NCBI GenBank assembly: GCA_048882325.1
Contig: JBHLRS010000018.1
Location: 42 to 64,041, forward strand
Length of the DNA stretch: 64,000 nucleotides
Direction of reading: 5' to 3'
DNA from: Candidatus Thorarchaeota archaeon
GTDB lineage: Archaea; Asgardarchaeota; Thorarchaeia; Thorarchaeales; Thorarchaeaceae
In this document: one piece after another, positions 1 through 10,714 of the stretch
How positions within the stretch are numbered: position 1 is the first letter of the stretch
Layout: each line of letters begins with the position of its first letter
Notes under the pieces: generated by a model
The model's database searches: none
The model's input: only the letters and a program-made list of their open reading frames with translations
What the model was told of the DNA's origin: nothing
Translations under genes and position numbers: made by a program

Positions 1-786
1 CTCAGCCCCACTTCTTGCTATAGCTCCAGCAACCGCAATAGCAAGACCTCCTATTGCAATCCAGAGATTGAAGGTGAACCTTGTTTTTATGAAGGAGAAG
101 AACGCAGCACCAATGAGAAGGAACGCTCCAGTCACAGACATCAGAGGAGAAAAGTTCCTGACATGTTGTGACATTGCATGTCCTGCTACTGCAATTCCAT
201 TCACAAAATTCTCAGTGAACACTTCAGCAGTGGCTGCATAAGCTCCCATCCAAAGAGTCAGGACGATGGCAAATATCATGTATATATGTCCATGAAGCAT
301 CTTACGATCTGAGTCCTTCATATTCCGTCCTAAAAGTAGAGCTATCACAATAAGCACAGTATAGGTGCCAATCCCTGCAATTGGATACTCCATAGCTCCG
401 AATGTGAGTGCTGAGAAATCAGTGTGTGTACTCAGCGTCATCATATACGAGAACATGACGATGATTGCCATTAGGACACCATCAATTGCCAACAGGCCCC
501 TTCTGGAAAACACATTCTTAGCAAGGATGAGGTACAGCGCACCGCAACCCATTATTGCTACCTGGGATGCTGAGAGTACGAGGTATATTCTGTAAATCCC
601 AACATTCCAACCTACGAACTCAGATAGAGCCTCAAACCCTGCAGTCACAGCAAACATGACCAACGAGACGAACCATACAAATTGGTACAGACGCCTTCTA
701 CGTTGCCATTGCTGAAAGACTAGGTACATGAACATAATTGCAACAATTGTTGTAATCACCGGAAAGACAGACATAATTGTAGCCAT
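1..786 (-). CDS. Multi-pass membrane protein, partial (runs off the window start)
   Basis: Read manually: ATG at 786, MATIMSVFPVITTIVAIMFMYLVFQQWQRRRRLYQFVWFVSLVMFAVTAGFEALSEF..., hydrophobic helices; absent from the ORF track because no stop lies in the window. Confidence 0.8.
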   Translation of the reverse strand, partial: MATIMSVFPVITTIVAIMFMYLVFQQWQRRRRLYQFVWFVSLVMFAVTAGFEALSEFVGWNVGIYRIYLVLSASQVAIMGCGALYLILAKNVFSRRGLLAIDGVLMAIIVMFSYMMTLSTHTDFSALTFGAMEYPIAGIGTYTVLIVIALLLGRNMKDSDRKMLHGHIYMIFAIVLTLWMGAYAATAEVFTENFVNGIAVAGHAMSQHVRNFSPLMSVTGAFLLIGAAFFSFIKTRFTFNLWIAIGGLAIAVAGAIARSGAE

Positions 787-820
787 TTACATCACTAGCA
801 TTGAGCTGAGGTAACAGCTA

Positions 821-2299
821 TTAATCCACTTTCACGGATTTGGACTTTCGTATATAGAGAACTATTCCTGCAATTACAATTATTGATGAGCCCAAAAGGA
901 TGATCACTGGATTGAATGACTCCTTATCGCCATAAATTGCATGAGCATAGTAGACATCCATTTCATTATTCCTGCCGTCTGACCACACTATATGTGGAAC
1001 ATCATTCGAATCTAGCTGTATCGACATATATTCACCAGGCCTTGTGAACGAACTGGGAGTCCGTGAATCTGCAACAGGAACTGGATTGGAGAATAACGGG
1101 AAGTCGTGTTCATCACCAGTGAATGTCAAAGTACGATAGTATGGTCTATAGTAACCGTTCTGTTCATCATAGTATATGATGTGGAGCCGCCCCGAAGCAT
1201 CAATAGTCATCTCAGGATTCCACTGATTTCCATCCACTACAGGATTTACCCGCAATCGATCGCTCCACGTGATCCCATAATCATCTGAGTAACGAAGATA
1301 GACATCAAACGAGTTCTCCCCTTCATCAAAACCATCAGCCCAAAGGACATAGAGTCTATCCTGCTGGTCAAATCGTAGGACAGGTAGTGTAATCTTACCT
1401 GGAGCGGATGTGGAGTAGTTTCCGCCATCATTTATGAACTGGCTTTCCTGAAAAGTTATCCCCCCATCTAGGCTTTTTGAGAACTCTATATTCCCCCAAT
1501 TCCCTGATACTGGTTCTAAGTAAAGCCATGTGACAAACACCTGCCCCTCATTACTCAATGCCAAATATGGTAACCCTTTCCAGGGAGTTTGCTCAGTAAT
1601 ATTGCACACCTCTTGGAACGTATCTCCACCATCCAAGGATCGAGTGAGACGGATTGTGGCATTCCCAATCAAAGTAGCATCATCTGTGTCATCATAAACC
1701 AAGTATATTATTCCATCATCACTAACCACCATCATTTCCTTGTCTGCGAAGAACTGTCCATAAGAAGCTGTTATTGGTGTCCAAGAAAAACCATAGTCAT
1801 TACTTTTTGCGACAGTTATTTGAGAGAGCAAGGGACCAGCAATAGAATACTCTAAGTATGCATAGTACAGTGTTCCATCATGCCAAGCCAACCAGGGATC
1901 AGACTGCCCTGTTGTTCCGCTTGTGAACATAGGCATGTTGTAGGGACTTGTCCATGTAGAACCACCATCTCCAGATCTGGTCACACTGACTCGAATACCA
2001 GGTCCATTATGTGTAGTAGCCTCCTTCCACCCGACAAACAATGTATCATTATCACTAATAGCCATGGAAACTTCAACATGGTGCGGGTATGTAGAATCAT
2101 CGGTCGAAAGAAGAACATTAGAGGAGAAACCGCTCACTTCAGGAATGGGTTCCGTTGAAGTGCTGAGATATGATATTCCTTCATCAGTGTAATTGTCAAT
2201 CACCACGCCTTCAGCAAGAAACTGGACTGACATTACTACTAGGAGCCACAAAACAAGAACTTGCAAAGCCCTACTTGTCATACTCATCGGAACCTCCAT
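821..2299 (-). CDS. Secreted, membrane-anchored BNR/Asp-box (sialidase-like beta-propeller) protein
   Basis: Signal peptide, repeated S-x-D-x-G-x-(T/S)-(W/F) Asp boxes (SGDGGSTW, SNDYGFSW, SLDGGDTF, SDDYGITW), C-terminal TM helix plus basic tail. Confidence 0.85.
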   Translation of the reverse strand: MEVPMSMTSRALQVLVLWLLVVMSVQFLAEGVVIDNYTDEGISYLSTSTEPIPEVSGFSSNVLLSTDDSTYPHHVEVSMAISDNDTLFVGWKEATTHNGPGIRVSVTRSGDGGSTWTSPYNMPMFTSGTTGQSDPWLAWHDGTLYYAYLEYSIAGPLLSQITVAKSNDYGFSWTPITASYGQFFADKEMMVVSDDGIIYLVYDDTDDATLIGNATIRLTRSLDGGDTFQEVCNITEQTPWKGLPYLALSNEGQVFVTWLYLEPVSGNWGNIEFSKSLDGGITFQESQFINDGGNYSTSAPGKITLPVLRFDQQDRLYVLWADGFDEGENSFDVYLRYSDDYGITWSDRLRVNPVVDGNQWNPEMTIDASGRLHIIYYDEQNGYYRPYYRTLTFTGDEHDFPLFSNPVPVADSRTPSSFTRPGEYMSIQLDSNDVPHIVWSDGRNNEMDVYYAHAIYGDKESFNPVIILLGSSIIVIAGIVLYIRKSKSVKVD

Positions 2300-2517
2300 G
2301 TCTTCAGGTGACTAGGCGTTCAGCGGAATAGTAGGATGTCAATCAACAATGCATACTCTATGAACCGTCGTCTAGTTGTTGGTTAACATCAAGTAAACTC
2401 CTGTCACCAGAGAATCAATCCAAGGTCTGTGAAATATTATAATCTCTATTATGTTAGCAACTGCTAATGCCATAGGCAAACCGAGAAAAACCTCTGAGGT
2501 TGTTCTGATGAATAAAA

Positions 2518-2886
2518 TCAGTCTCTATTCAAATACATTCCAACAATCAGAGCGGCAATGAAAATCAAGGCAAAGGGTATCCATGTGCCAATCGGACTAT
2601 AGAACATTGAATAATCCTGAAGAATTATCGTAGCAGTTAGAACGAAGTCCAGTAAAATAACTGTAGCAACAATCACTAATGCTGTAATGATTGGACTAGA
2701 ATAGTTGAACTTCTTGTAGTATATGTACGAGAATATGGCCGACACAAAAGGTGCGGCAGCAGCATGAACAACTAAGGCGGAGTCTATATCTTCTAATGTA
2801 GCCATGCTTATTCCCATCACTGCAAAACATACAAAGTAGATTATGATTGCATGAACGAGTAATGTCAAAGCTTCCTTTGTATTCAA
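2518..2886 (-). CDS. Small 4-TM membrane protein
   Basis: 122-aa ORF with four hydrophobic segments. Confidence 0.75.
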   Translation of the reverse strand: MNTKEALTLLVHAIIIYFVCFAVMGISMATLEDIDSALVVHAAAAPFVSAIFSYIYYKKFNYSSPIITALVIVATVILLDFVLTATIILQDYSMFYSPIGTWIPFALIFIAALIVGMYLNRD

Positions 2887-2997
2887 TTTCTATCACCCAA
2901 CAAGAAAGTAATGTTTGGTGTGTTTCAAAACGGAACTAAATCAGTTTCGGAGCTTTCAACGCATCTTTAACCAATCAGACAGTCAGCAAGAACACTC

Positions 2998-3543
2998 CTA
3001 CACAATTTCGCCTTGTGATGCAGTAGCTATTCGAACTAATCCCAGAACTACAAAAACACAGGACAATATCAGTCTGAGTGTGAAAAACCCGAGTCCTGGG
3101 AAGATTGCTGTGAAGAATCCGAAGAAAAACGCTAATCCACCACCCAGAATGTTTCCCCCCCCCTCACCCAGGTTGGTCTGGACTTCTCGTTATAACCAAC
3201 AATGATTCTTGATAGTCCAACTAGCATTATTGCGAAAGTCAAAATGGTGAATCAGAAAAGTGACGGTCAAACTACTAAAGACAAATGATAGAATTGAGAG
3301 TGTAATCGCTCCTAGACCACTCAGAATCTTCATCGCACGACTTGTCCTTGTTAGCGTTGTCATGCTCGTACCTTTTCCAACTCTCACCAATCCTATCAGA
3401 GAGAGCCCAATCGCGATGGTGATTACCAATGTTGTTTCTGCAAGGTCTGGACTAATCAAAATCCATGCTCCAACCAGAACTATTACCAAACCAATGAATA
3501 TGTCAATGCCTTTTAGCCAATCTGGATACTCTTCAAGCGACAT
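2998..3543 (-). pseudogene. HdeD/DUF308-like membrane protein with two compensating frameshifts (pseudogene or sequence error)
   Basis: N-half in the ORF track; the hydrophobic sequence continues in a shifted frame (TILTFAIMLVGLSRIIVG), then returns to the original frame after a G9 tract (C9 at 3155-3163): NILGGGLAFFFGFFTAIFPGLG...GEIV*. Confidence 0.7.
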
Positions 3544-3718
3544 AGACCAATTCAAGACCATCTGTCAAAATGAGGTTTATGTTTCATATAGTCTGTTTCT
3601 TTTGATAAGACATGGACTATAGCAAGAGCAGGTGAGTAGAAACTCCCTTTTCCCTAACCTGTTAGTCATCGCGTCCCTTTGCAAATTCCTTATCTTCTGT
3701 CGAAGTCTAGCCTGTAAT

Positions 3719-3967
3719 ATGATCGAAGTTCTTCTTTATGGCGATGTCAAGATGTTGGTGAGGAAAAGCATTCCAGACGCTAATTCCATATTCCTTTTTG
3801 ACTATATTGAAGGAGAGCACCTTCAAGATTTGCTGGATCGATTGGGATTGAAACCAGACGATGTGGGAGCTTGCTACATTAACAACAATCTTGCAGCACC
3901 TGGTAATTTGATTCGCGACAAGGATACCATTGAACTAAACCAACCACAAAAATCTGTATACGAGTAA
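3719..3967 (+). CDS. MoaD/ThiS-like beta-grasp (ubiquitin-like) protein lacking the C-terminal GG
   Basis: MIEVLLYG...LQDLLDRLGL...YINNN...LIRDKDTIEL pattern typical of MoaD/ThiS. Confidence 0.65.
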   Translation: MIEVLLYGDVKMLVRKSIPDANSIFLFDYIEGEHLQDLLDRLGLKPDDVGACYINNNLAAPGNLIRDKDTIELNQPQKSVYE

Positions 3968-4019
3968 TCAGAACATTCTCTGACTTTTAACCATAACAGA
4001 GTTTCCTATTCCCCTCCGC

Positions 4020-4463
4020 CTATGGGTATTGCTCAAACATAGATATGACTCTGGTGAAGAGATTGACATTGGCTTCAGTGAGATATGTGTATACTATGTA
4101 AGCATGAATTGGCCCGTCTGAAACTATTTCTACTATATTCGTTGAGTGTCTCGATTCAAAGTTGTAGCTAGCGATTGTTGATCTGACCGAAGCTAGGAGT
4201 ACTGTACTTGTGGAAACCCATATGCCTGTCTGGTGCATAAAGCGTATCTCAGCGGTCCTGTTGCACATCACTCTGACGTGAGTGACTCTTGGACCACCGA
4301 ATCCAATCTCGATGCGATATTGGTCTGACGAAGTAAACTCTTCAGACTGAGCCACTTCAACCTCCTGTCTGAAAGGAATTGAACAGATTACTATTGCTAG
4401 AATCAAACCAATGGCAATGAATAAGTCAGTCGATTGCCGCTTCCATCTGGTCGGATACTGCAA
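4020..4463 (-). CDS. Hypothetical protein with N-terminal TM anchor
   Basis: GAGGT RBS before TTG at 4463; hydrophobic LFIAIGLILAIVICSIP followed by a beta-rich domain. Confidence 0.6.
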   Translation of the reverse strand: MQYPTRWKRQSTDLFIAIGLILAIVICSIPFRQEVEVAQSEEFTSSDQYRIEIGFGGPRVTHVRVMCNRTAEIRFMHQTGIWVSTSTVLLASVRSTIASYNFESRHSTNIVEIVSDGPIHAYIVYTYLTEANVNLFTRVISMFEQYP

Positions 4464-4627
4464 GATGCAAACCTCTTCCTTTCTATTAGGATTTTTCCGC
4501 TTATTGCATTTTCCTGATGAACAAAAATAAAGAAAAAGCGCGCTGAGATACCTTTTCGAACTTGTATGAATCACAGATGCCACGATAGTATGCGCTCTTC
4601 AATAGAACACAATGTCAACGACACAAT

Positions 4628-5455
4628 TCAATCGGATTCTAGAGACTCATTCATAGCCCCAGTTCGATATCCAAAAGCATCAAGAGCCACATAGCTAAAT
4701 CCTGCACGTTTAGCCAGATTGTGCAATTCATCAAGTTTATTCTCATCAAATAGTTTCATTCTCTCATCTCTCCCCACCTCAATCCGCACCAAGTCCCCGT
4801 GGTACCTTGCACGGACACACTCCACACCAAAGAGTTCTCTGACTTCTCTCTCAACCCTGTCGATTTTCCTTATACGGTCCTCTGTGATTTCTGTGCCGTA
4901 GGGAAATCTACTGGAGAGACATGCCATAGAGGGTCTATCTGCGACTGAGAGACCGACCTTTCTAGCGTACATACGAATTTCTTCTTTTGTGACTCCTGCA
5001 TCCAGAAAAGGCGAAACTACACCCGCCTCCTCGAGCGCTCTTGCTCCAGGTCGATGTCCACCCATCTCACTAGCATTTGTACCCTCTAAGACTAGGTCCA
5101 TACCGTAACTTTTTGCAGTTTCCAACCATACAGACGACAACTCCTTCTTACAGTGATAACATCTGTCTACTGGATTCTTGACCAGATCTTTGTTCGAGAG
5201 CTCATCTACTTGGACAATTACCAATTCAAGGTCTAATTCCTCTGCGACATGTTCAGCTGCTTTCAATTCTGTTCTTGGGAACGTAATGCTGTCGACAGTC
5301 AACAGTTTTGTTTCAGCTGACGCCTCTTTGGCAATGTGTGCAAGCACAGTGCTATCTACTCCTCCACTAAAAGCAACAAGGACCCTTTTCCCACGAAGGG
5401 TGTCACTAATTCTCTCAAATTTGGCACTACTGGTCATCATCTTACTGTCCACCAT
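4628..5455 (-). CDS. larE: ATP-dependent sacrificial sulfur transferase, LarE family
   Basis: PP-loop AFSGGVDS, RCYHCK, HRPG, ACLSSRFPYG, GYRTG motifs. Confidence 0.92.
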   Translation of the reverse strand: MVDSKMMTSSAKFERISDTLRGKRVLVAFSGGVDSTVLAHIAKEASAETKLLTVDSITFPRTELKAAEHVAEELDLELVIVQVDELSNKDLVKNPVDRCYHCKKELSSVWLETAKSYGMDLVLEGTNASEMGGHRPGARALEEAGVVSPFLDAGVTKEEIRMYARKVGLSVADRPSMACLSSRFPYGTEITEDRIRKIDRVEREVRELFGVECVRARYHGDLVRIEVGRDERMKLFDENKLDELHNLAKRAGFSYVALDAFGYRTGAMNESLESD

Positions 5456-5587
5456 CAAGTTTCTTTTGGCAGTCTTAAGCATTGAGAATTGGTCAAATTC
5501 AATACGTCTGCAGGCAGAACAACCACTTCATCAGCTTTATCTTAAAATCCACGAAGCTCAGAGAAGCTTTACCCCAGGTTCAGATCA

Positions 5588-6625
5588 ATGGAAGTAGTGA
5601 AACAGTTGAATGAATTTGATGGAGTGTTGCTCAGATGTGCTGAGCTTCAGTATCACTCATTGGACAGCAGAGAGCATCTGATTTCACAACTCATTAGGAA
5701 TCTAAAATCTGCACTGAGAGAACATGAAATTCCATTCGACAAGATTCAACCTGTTTGCCAGTTTGTCTACATCAGTACTAGTGATGCCTTAGGGGCCACC
5801 CATATAGCATCTGGGGTATTTGGTGTTTCATCTGCATCTCCAGTGAAAATTTCACGTGACACCAAGTCCGCTCTGCCCTTGGATACTCACAGCAAGGAGG
5901 TATGCGACGATATGGTGTTTCTATTGACGGAGTGGACTGATGGTGTGGGCGGTCTGCCCACTGGAACTCAAGGAAAAGTAGTATGCACAATTTCCGGAGG
6001 TCTTGATTCTCCTATTGCAGCTTACAAGATGATGAGGAGAGGCTGTATCCCAATCTTCCTTCATTTTGACAATGTTCCCTTTGGGGATGAATCCACTCGC
6101 AATCTAGCTATCCGGCAAGCAAAAAGGCTCACCGAGTACCTCTATGGTCATGAAATCAAGATGTATGTTGTTCCTCATGGTGAAGATCTGACTGAAGTTC
6201 TCCGACACGCACCACGAAAGATGACATGCATCTTCTGCAGGAGAAATATGTACAGACTGGCGCAGGAGGTAGTTATCTTAGAGGATGCTGATGCGATAGT
6301 AACAGGTGAGATAATAGGAGAGCAAGCTTCTCAGACCACTCGAAACCTGCTCGCTGAGGAATCAGCAGTAACTGAGATTCCCATCATGAGACCCTGTATA
6401 GGCGATGACAAAGATGAGATCTTGAAGATGGCGATGAAGATTCGCACATACGAATTTGCTCACGAGGCTGTTTCATGCTGCTCACTGCCTCCCAAACACC
6501 CCACTGTCTATTCCGACCTTGAAATCATCGAATCCACAGAGGAGAAAATGGATATGGGTTGGATAGCTACGGAAATTTCTGATTCCGAGGTAATCATCTT
6601 GAAGGACGGTGGCGAGAATATCTGA
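5588..6625 (+). CDS. thiI: ThiI-like sulfurtransferase (THUMP domain appears largely missing)
   Basis: GVGGLP, SGGLDSP PP-loop, CIFCRR, TGE..GEQASQT, RP..G.DK motifs. Confidence 0.85.
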   Translation: MEVVKQLNEFDGVLLRCAELQYHSLDSREHLISQLIRNLKSALREHEIPFDKIQPVCQFVYISTSDALGATHIASGVFGVSSASPVKISRDTKSALPLDTHSKEVCDDMVFLLTEWTDGVGGLPTGTQGKVVCTISGGLDSPIAAYKMMRRGCIPIFLHFDNVPFGDESTRNLAIRQAKRLTEYLYGHEIKMYVVPHGEDLTEVLRHAPRKMTCIFCRRNMYRLAQEVVILEDADAIVTGEIIGEQASQTTRNLLAEESAVTEIPIMRPCIGDDKDEILKMAMKIRTYEFAHEAVSCCSLPPKHPTVYSDLEIIESTEEKMDMGWIATEISDSEVIILKDGGENI

Positions 6626-6902
6626 CCCTTTCATCATCAAACTCTGTTCTGATGGTGCAGCTTTTGAGGTAAAATCCAAGAAGCGCGTCAAACTTGATCT
6701 CCCCTCAATCAGTGAGAAGCTGGCATCATTGATGGGGATGAGGATTCGAGTCAGCTTACCAGTGATATTAATTCTTGAAGGCGAGGACGGCCAATCCATA
6801 ACTGTCTATCCATCAGGGAGATTGCTCCTCCGGAAATTCCTATCTGAAGAAAAGGCTCGACAGACAGTTCTTGAAATTTCACCTAGCCTCTATTCTGATT
6901 AG
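6609..6902 (+). CDS. Small hypothetical protein, overlapping the end of thiI
   Basis: 97-aa ORF overlapping thiI; ITVYPSGRLL beta-hairpin motif. Confidence 0.7.
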   Translation: MARISDPFIIKLCSDGAAFEVKSKKRVKLDLPSISEKLASLMGMRIRVSLPVILILEGEDGQSITVYPSGRLLLRKFLSEEKARQTVLEISPSLYSD

Positions 6903-6963
6903 TATTGAAACTGATTGGGTTTGGCTTGCCTATTGAGTCCCTTCTTCATGTTACAGATGCCCC

Positions 6964-7359
6964 CTACAACATATCGGAACGAAATAGGTTTCTAATCCCC
7001 CAGGGATAGACGAACAGAGGTAGAAGTCCCATGAGGCCAATCAATCCAGCATCTACAACAATTTGAATGACAGTTTGAGCAAAAACAATCATGATGAAGG
7101 CATGGATAATGTTTGAAAGAATCAAGAAATCAATAAACAATTTGTGCTTCGTGGGGTCTCTCGCAGCCAAAATCATTACTAATCCAAAAGAAAAGTAGAT
7201 TCCACTCATCATGATCTCTGTTGGGAGATTTCTTGGCTGCCACAACAATTCGTTTCCTAAGAAATATGGTCCAATGGCAACTACAGTAGCGCTAAGTAAT
7301 CCAAAGAGATACAAATAGTATGATAGGAACCTCTCTTTGTCCAATCTAATCTCCCCCAC
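6964..7359 (-). CDS. 4-TM membrane protein
   Basis: Hydrophobic 131-aa ORF. Confidence 0.7.
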   Translation of the reverse strand: MGEIRLDKERFLSYYLYLFGLLSATVVAIGPYFLGNELLWQPRNLPTEIMMSGIYFSFGLVMILAARDPTKHKLFIDFLILSNIIHAFIMIVFAQTVIQIVVDAGLIGLMGLLPLFVYPWGIRNLFRSDML

Positions 7360-7490
7360 TAGAAGATGAACTAATGCATATTAATACACGAGTTGGGGGA
7401 ACCCCTCCGGAAAAAGGGAAGGCTGACAGGATCGAAAGAACAAACAATAACCCTCTCATTTGATTTACCTTACCTCTCTTCATTTGTCAG

Positions 7491-10400
7491 TCAAACATCA
7501 CGGGACCGTCTTTTCCACAGATAAACAGCTACAACCACAAAGACCAGTATGCCTGATGAAGAGAGAATGGTCATCATAATCACATCAGAGGTAGTCAGTT
7601 TCAATGTGATCACAACTGTTGATGACGCGTTGTTACCAAACAGGTCAAAAATAACCAAACTGACCTCCCACTCACCAGGAGCCTGCCTAAATGGATACAC
7701 AATATCATCGCCATTCCATGACCCCTGTAATTTGAGATTACCATTGATGTAGATGCTGTAATTCCAGGGAGTCATATCGTAAACATCCCATTCAATTTCG
7801 TACGGAATTTGATTCGTCCAAATCTCGAGGTTGTCAATGTGCGTAATCTGCGGTCTCTCGGTATCAGATCCTTGCTCTTCATAGTTCAGGGCCACAATCG
7901 CGTCAAGCAAGACTACTTCGATGTCGCGCAGTTCTAATCGTATGTATCTAACAGTATTGTACTCAATGGATTCTAAATCGAAGCTGTGTGTTCCGGAAAA
8001 CACTCCAAGCTCTATGAATGGCTGATCTAAATCGGGTGAAACGGATATCGCGTAATTTCCGCCGCTTGAAAAAACCTCGAAATCAATTCCCGCCTCATTG
8101 AGTATCTCTTCATTCTCACCCATATCAAGTGTCAGATAGCCGGGGGCGTAATCCTCGTAAATGCTTGCAAACGCATTATCAGGAACACCTATCGCCTGGT
8201 CACCGTTTGAAAACCATGCAGATCTAGAAGCTACGACAGAATCAGCGTACGCGTCGCCAAAGTCAACGAATATCGATAACCAGATCGTACTCGATACTGA
8301 GTATGAACCATCAGTTATCAACAAGGTAATGTTGTAATTGCCTAGACGCCAACCATCTGCTTGCCAGTCATGAATCCTCAGGGTAATGGTAGGGTCTTGC
8401 TTTGCCTCATTCCTCAGCAAAGTCCCGTTTCTGAAAAGCATCCACCGGGTCCCACCATGGACCTCCCATTTGTATTCCACAGTCTTTTTCGCCCATTCGA
8501 TCATTGCAGAACTCGGTTCATCTGTTAGTACTGGTGGACTTGGAGGGATGACATCTAACCAAGTGGTGTGAGATACAACGTTTAACGCAATATCCTGCAA
8601 TACCATTGTGATATTGTACACACCTTCATCAATATCAGAGACATTCCAAACTATGTCGTGATTCCCACCACTCCAAGAACCAAATTGCTTGAGTTTCCCA
8701 TTTTGATACAGAACCCAATCAGTTGCCGAACGATCAAAGACTGACCAGCTCATGGTGGTGGTTGTATTCCAGTCTATAGATGTGTCACTAGGTGAAATGT
8801 AGAATTCGGGTGCAGCCGAGGGGTTCACTACAACCCAAAACGAATCAGAATACACAGTTCCAGAGGAGTTTGTAAATACTAGAGTAATGTGATATCGACC
8901 GGTTGAAAGGAGAGTGAGATTCAGCATGATGTCCGTTCCATCCCATGTTGCTTGTTCAAGAAGGGTGCCGTTTGCTGACAGTTCGTAAGAAACTGAATAT
9001 GATGTCACACCACTCCAAACGATTAACTGATTGGGCGAACCAATTTCTGTAACGAGAGGCCCAGTTCGATCAACGTGGAAAGCTCGAACACTCACATTAA
9101 CTGAATCAGAGGTTGTGTGCCCAGCTTCGTCCTGGACCGTCAGAGTGACATTATGGTTTCCAATGTTGAGAACTCCGATGTTCATGTCTATATCGACTGA
9201 CCGCCAGAACTTGTCGAATTCAATTGTTCCTGCTGCAGTCAGTGAATCATCGATATACAACTCGTAGCTGCCCGGCAAGGTCCGCTTTGGTCTGAAGTTA
9301 TACCATGCCTGCCAAGACAGATTGAGATCGGTTCCATCACTAATCAGGATATCAGTGTGTGAGGAGAGAATTGGAGAGAATCTAATTCTCTCCATCCTAT
9401 AGACTCCATAGATGACATCTTCTGTATTTCTAAATGACATCTCCCATACAATCTCTCCATCTTCATTCACCTCAACAAGACGAGCGCCATAAGGCCCAAC
9501 CTCTCTCACTTCAGTACCAAATGTTCCCAACCTGTTACCGTTTGCCAATCGATCAGCATCACCCCACCATGCGGAATAGTAGCTCGCATCACCAGTCCAT
9601 GTCCAGATCTCCTGTGCTGTCATGGTTTCCTCATCAATCTCGATTTCGAGTATTCTCGATCTTTTGGAGCCAAAGGCGGTCTGGTTGTGAAAATCATTAT
9701 CAAAGAGGATGAAGCGGTCATCATCAATCTGCTCGAGAGAATGAGCATGGTAGAAGAGATTAGTTCGCTCTTGGCCAAATCTGTCAAACAATGTGAAATC
9801 CCCATACTCACCAAGAGCCCAGATAACCTCTCCAGTGGCATGATCAATCTTGTAGAATGTATTTACGTTACGTACATTCAGAAAAATGACATCTTCATCA
9901 GCGTCATAGAATATTGAATTACTGTGTGTAACATCAATCCGATCTTTACTACGGTCCTCATATGGACACCACTGAGTATAATCAACGAAATCATGAACAT
10001 CCAGACTCCAGACCAGAGAACCATTAAAGGAGTACTCGATAACCTTATCGAATCGATACTCCTCTCCATCAATCTCCTCACTCGTAAGGATAAGAGTGAA
10101 AATTGTGTTGTCATTTGGATTGTACTCATACTCATGATGTCCCTGAATATTGAGATATTGATACTGATCAGTTTCCAAGTTCCAGAGAACAGCACCGCCT
10201 GAGCCATCGCCAAGAATGGTCGTAGAGTTAATCATCTCGACTGGTTTGGCGATATCCGGATTCTCGAGAATCAAATTTCCATCCATATCAAAGATTACTA
10301 ACGAGTTCTCCAATCGATGACTACGTAGATTCGCGTCAATCGCAGGCAAAACGAATAGATTGTATCCATCGAGATAACCATCAGCCTTTGTAATATCAAA

Positions 10401-10592
10401 GGTTATCCCTCCATAGAGTGGACTCGTCAGGTTAGCCATGTGTATAGATGATTCACCTGTTGGAATAGTGACTCCTGGTTCATTGTTGGAAGACCCTCCC
10501 GAAATGGATACGAGTATAATGGTAATCCCTACTCCACTCAATATAAGTGCGATAAGCAAGAGTGTGATCAGAGTATCCCTAAGCCTTTCCAT
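7491..10592 (-). CDS. Large surface protein: arylsulfotransferase-like propeller, Ig-like repeats and C-terminal TM
   Basis: ASST-type motifs GHHE, THSNS, HAHS, LFDN, GDADRLANGN; repeated G.(Y/H)NITL.. beta-sandwich units; TM at both termini; GGAG RBS before ATG 10592. Confidence 0.8.
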   Translation of the reverse strand: MERLRDTLITLLLIALILSGVGITIILVSISGGSSNNEPGVTIPTGESSIHMANLTSPLYGGITFDITKADGYLDGYNLFVLPAIDANLRSHRLENSLVIFDMDGNLILENPDIAKPVEMINSTTILGDGSGGAVLWNLETDQYQYLNIQGHHEYEYNPNDNTIFTLILTSEEIDGEEYRFDKVIEYSFNGSLVWSLDVHDFVDYTQWCPYEDRSKDRIDVTHSNSIFYDADEDVIFLNVRNVNTFYKIDHATGEVIWALGEYGDFTLFDRFGQERTNLFYHAHSLEQIDDDRFILFDNDFHNQTAFGSKRSRILEIEIDEETMTAQEIWTWTGDASYYSAWWGDADRLANGNRLGTFGTEVREVGPYGARLVEVNEDGEIVWEMSFRNTEDVIYGVYRMERIRFSPILSSHTDILISDGTDLNLSWQAWYNFRPKRTLPGSYELYIDDSLTAAGTIEFDKFWRSVDIDMNIGVLNIGNHNVTLTVQDEAGHTTSDSVNVSVRAFHVDRTGPLVTEIGSPNQLIVWSGVTSYSVSYELSANGTLLEQATWDGTDIMLNLTLLSTGRYHITLVFTNSSGTVYSDSFWVVVNPSAAPEFYISPSDTSIDWNTTTTMSWSVFDRSATDWVLYQNGKLKQFGSWSGGNHDIVWNVSDIDEGVYNITMVLQDIALNVVSHTTWLDVIPPSPPVLTDEPSSAMIEWAKKTVEYKWEVHGGTRWMLFRNGTLLRNEAKQDPTITLRIHDWQADGWRLGNYNITLLITDGSYSVSSTIWLSIFVDFGDAYADSVVASRSAWFSNGDQAIGVPDNAFASIYEDYAPGYLTLDMGENEEILNEAGIDFEVFSSGGNYAISVSPDLDQPFIELGVFSGTHSFDLESIEYNTVRYIRLELRDIEVVLLDAIVALNYEEQGSDTERPQITHIDNLEIWTNQIPYEIEWDVYDMTPWNYSIYINGNLKLQGSWNGDDIVYPFRQAPGEWEVSLVIFDLFGNNASSTVVITLKLTTSDVIMMTILSSSGILVFVVVAVYLWKRRSRDV

Positions 10593-10714
10593 ACGAATTG
10601 TCTCCTGCTTTCCTCCGATATCTTGGTATCTCTTTCTCATTTCAATGGCAAATAAGTCTGAACAACCCACTTTATATTGTCAATGTAAGCAATCTCTCAC
10701 CTGGTCCAATTGCT

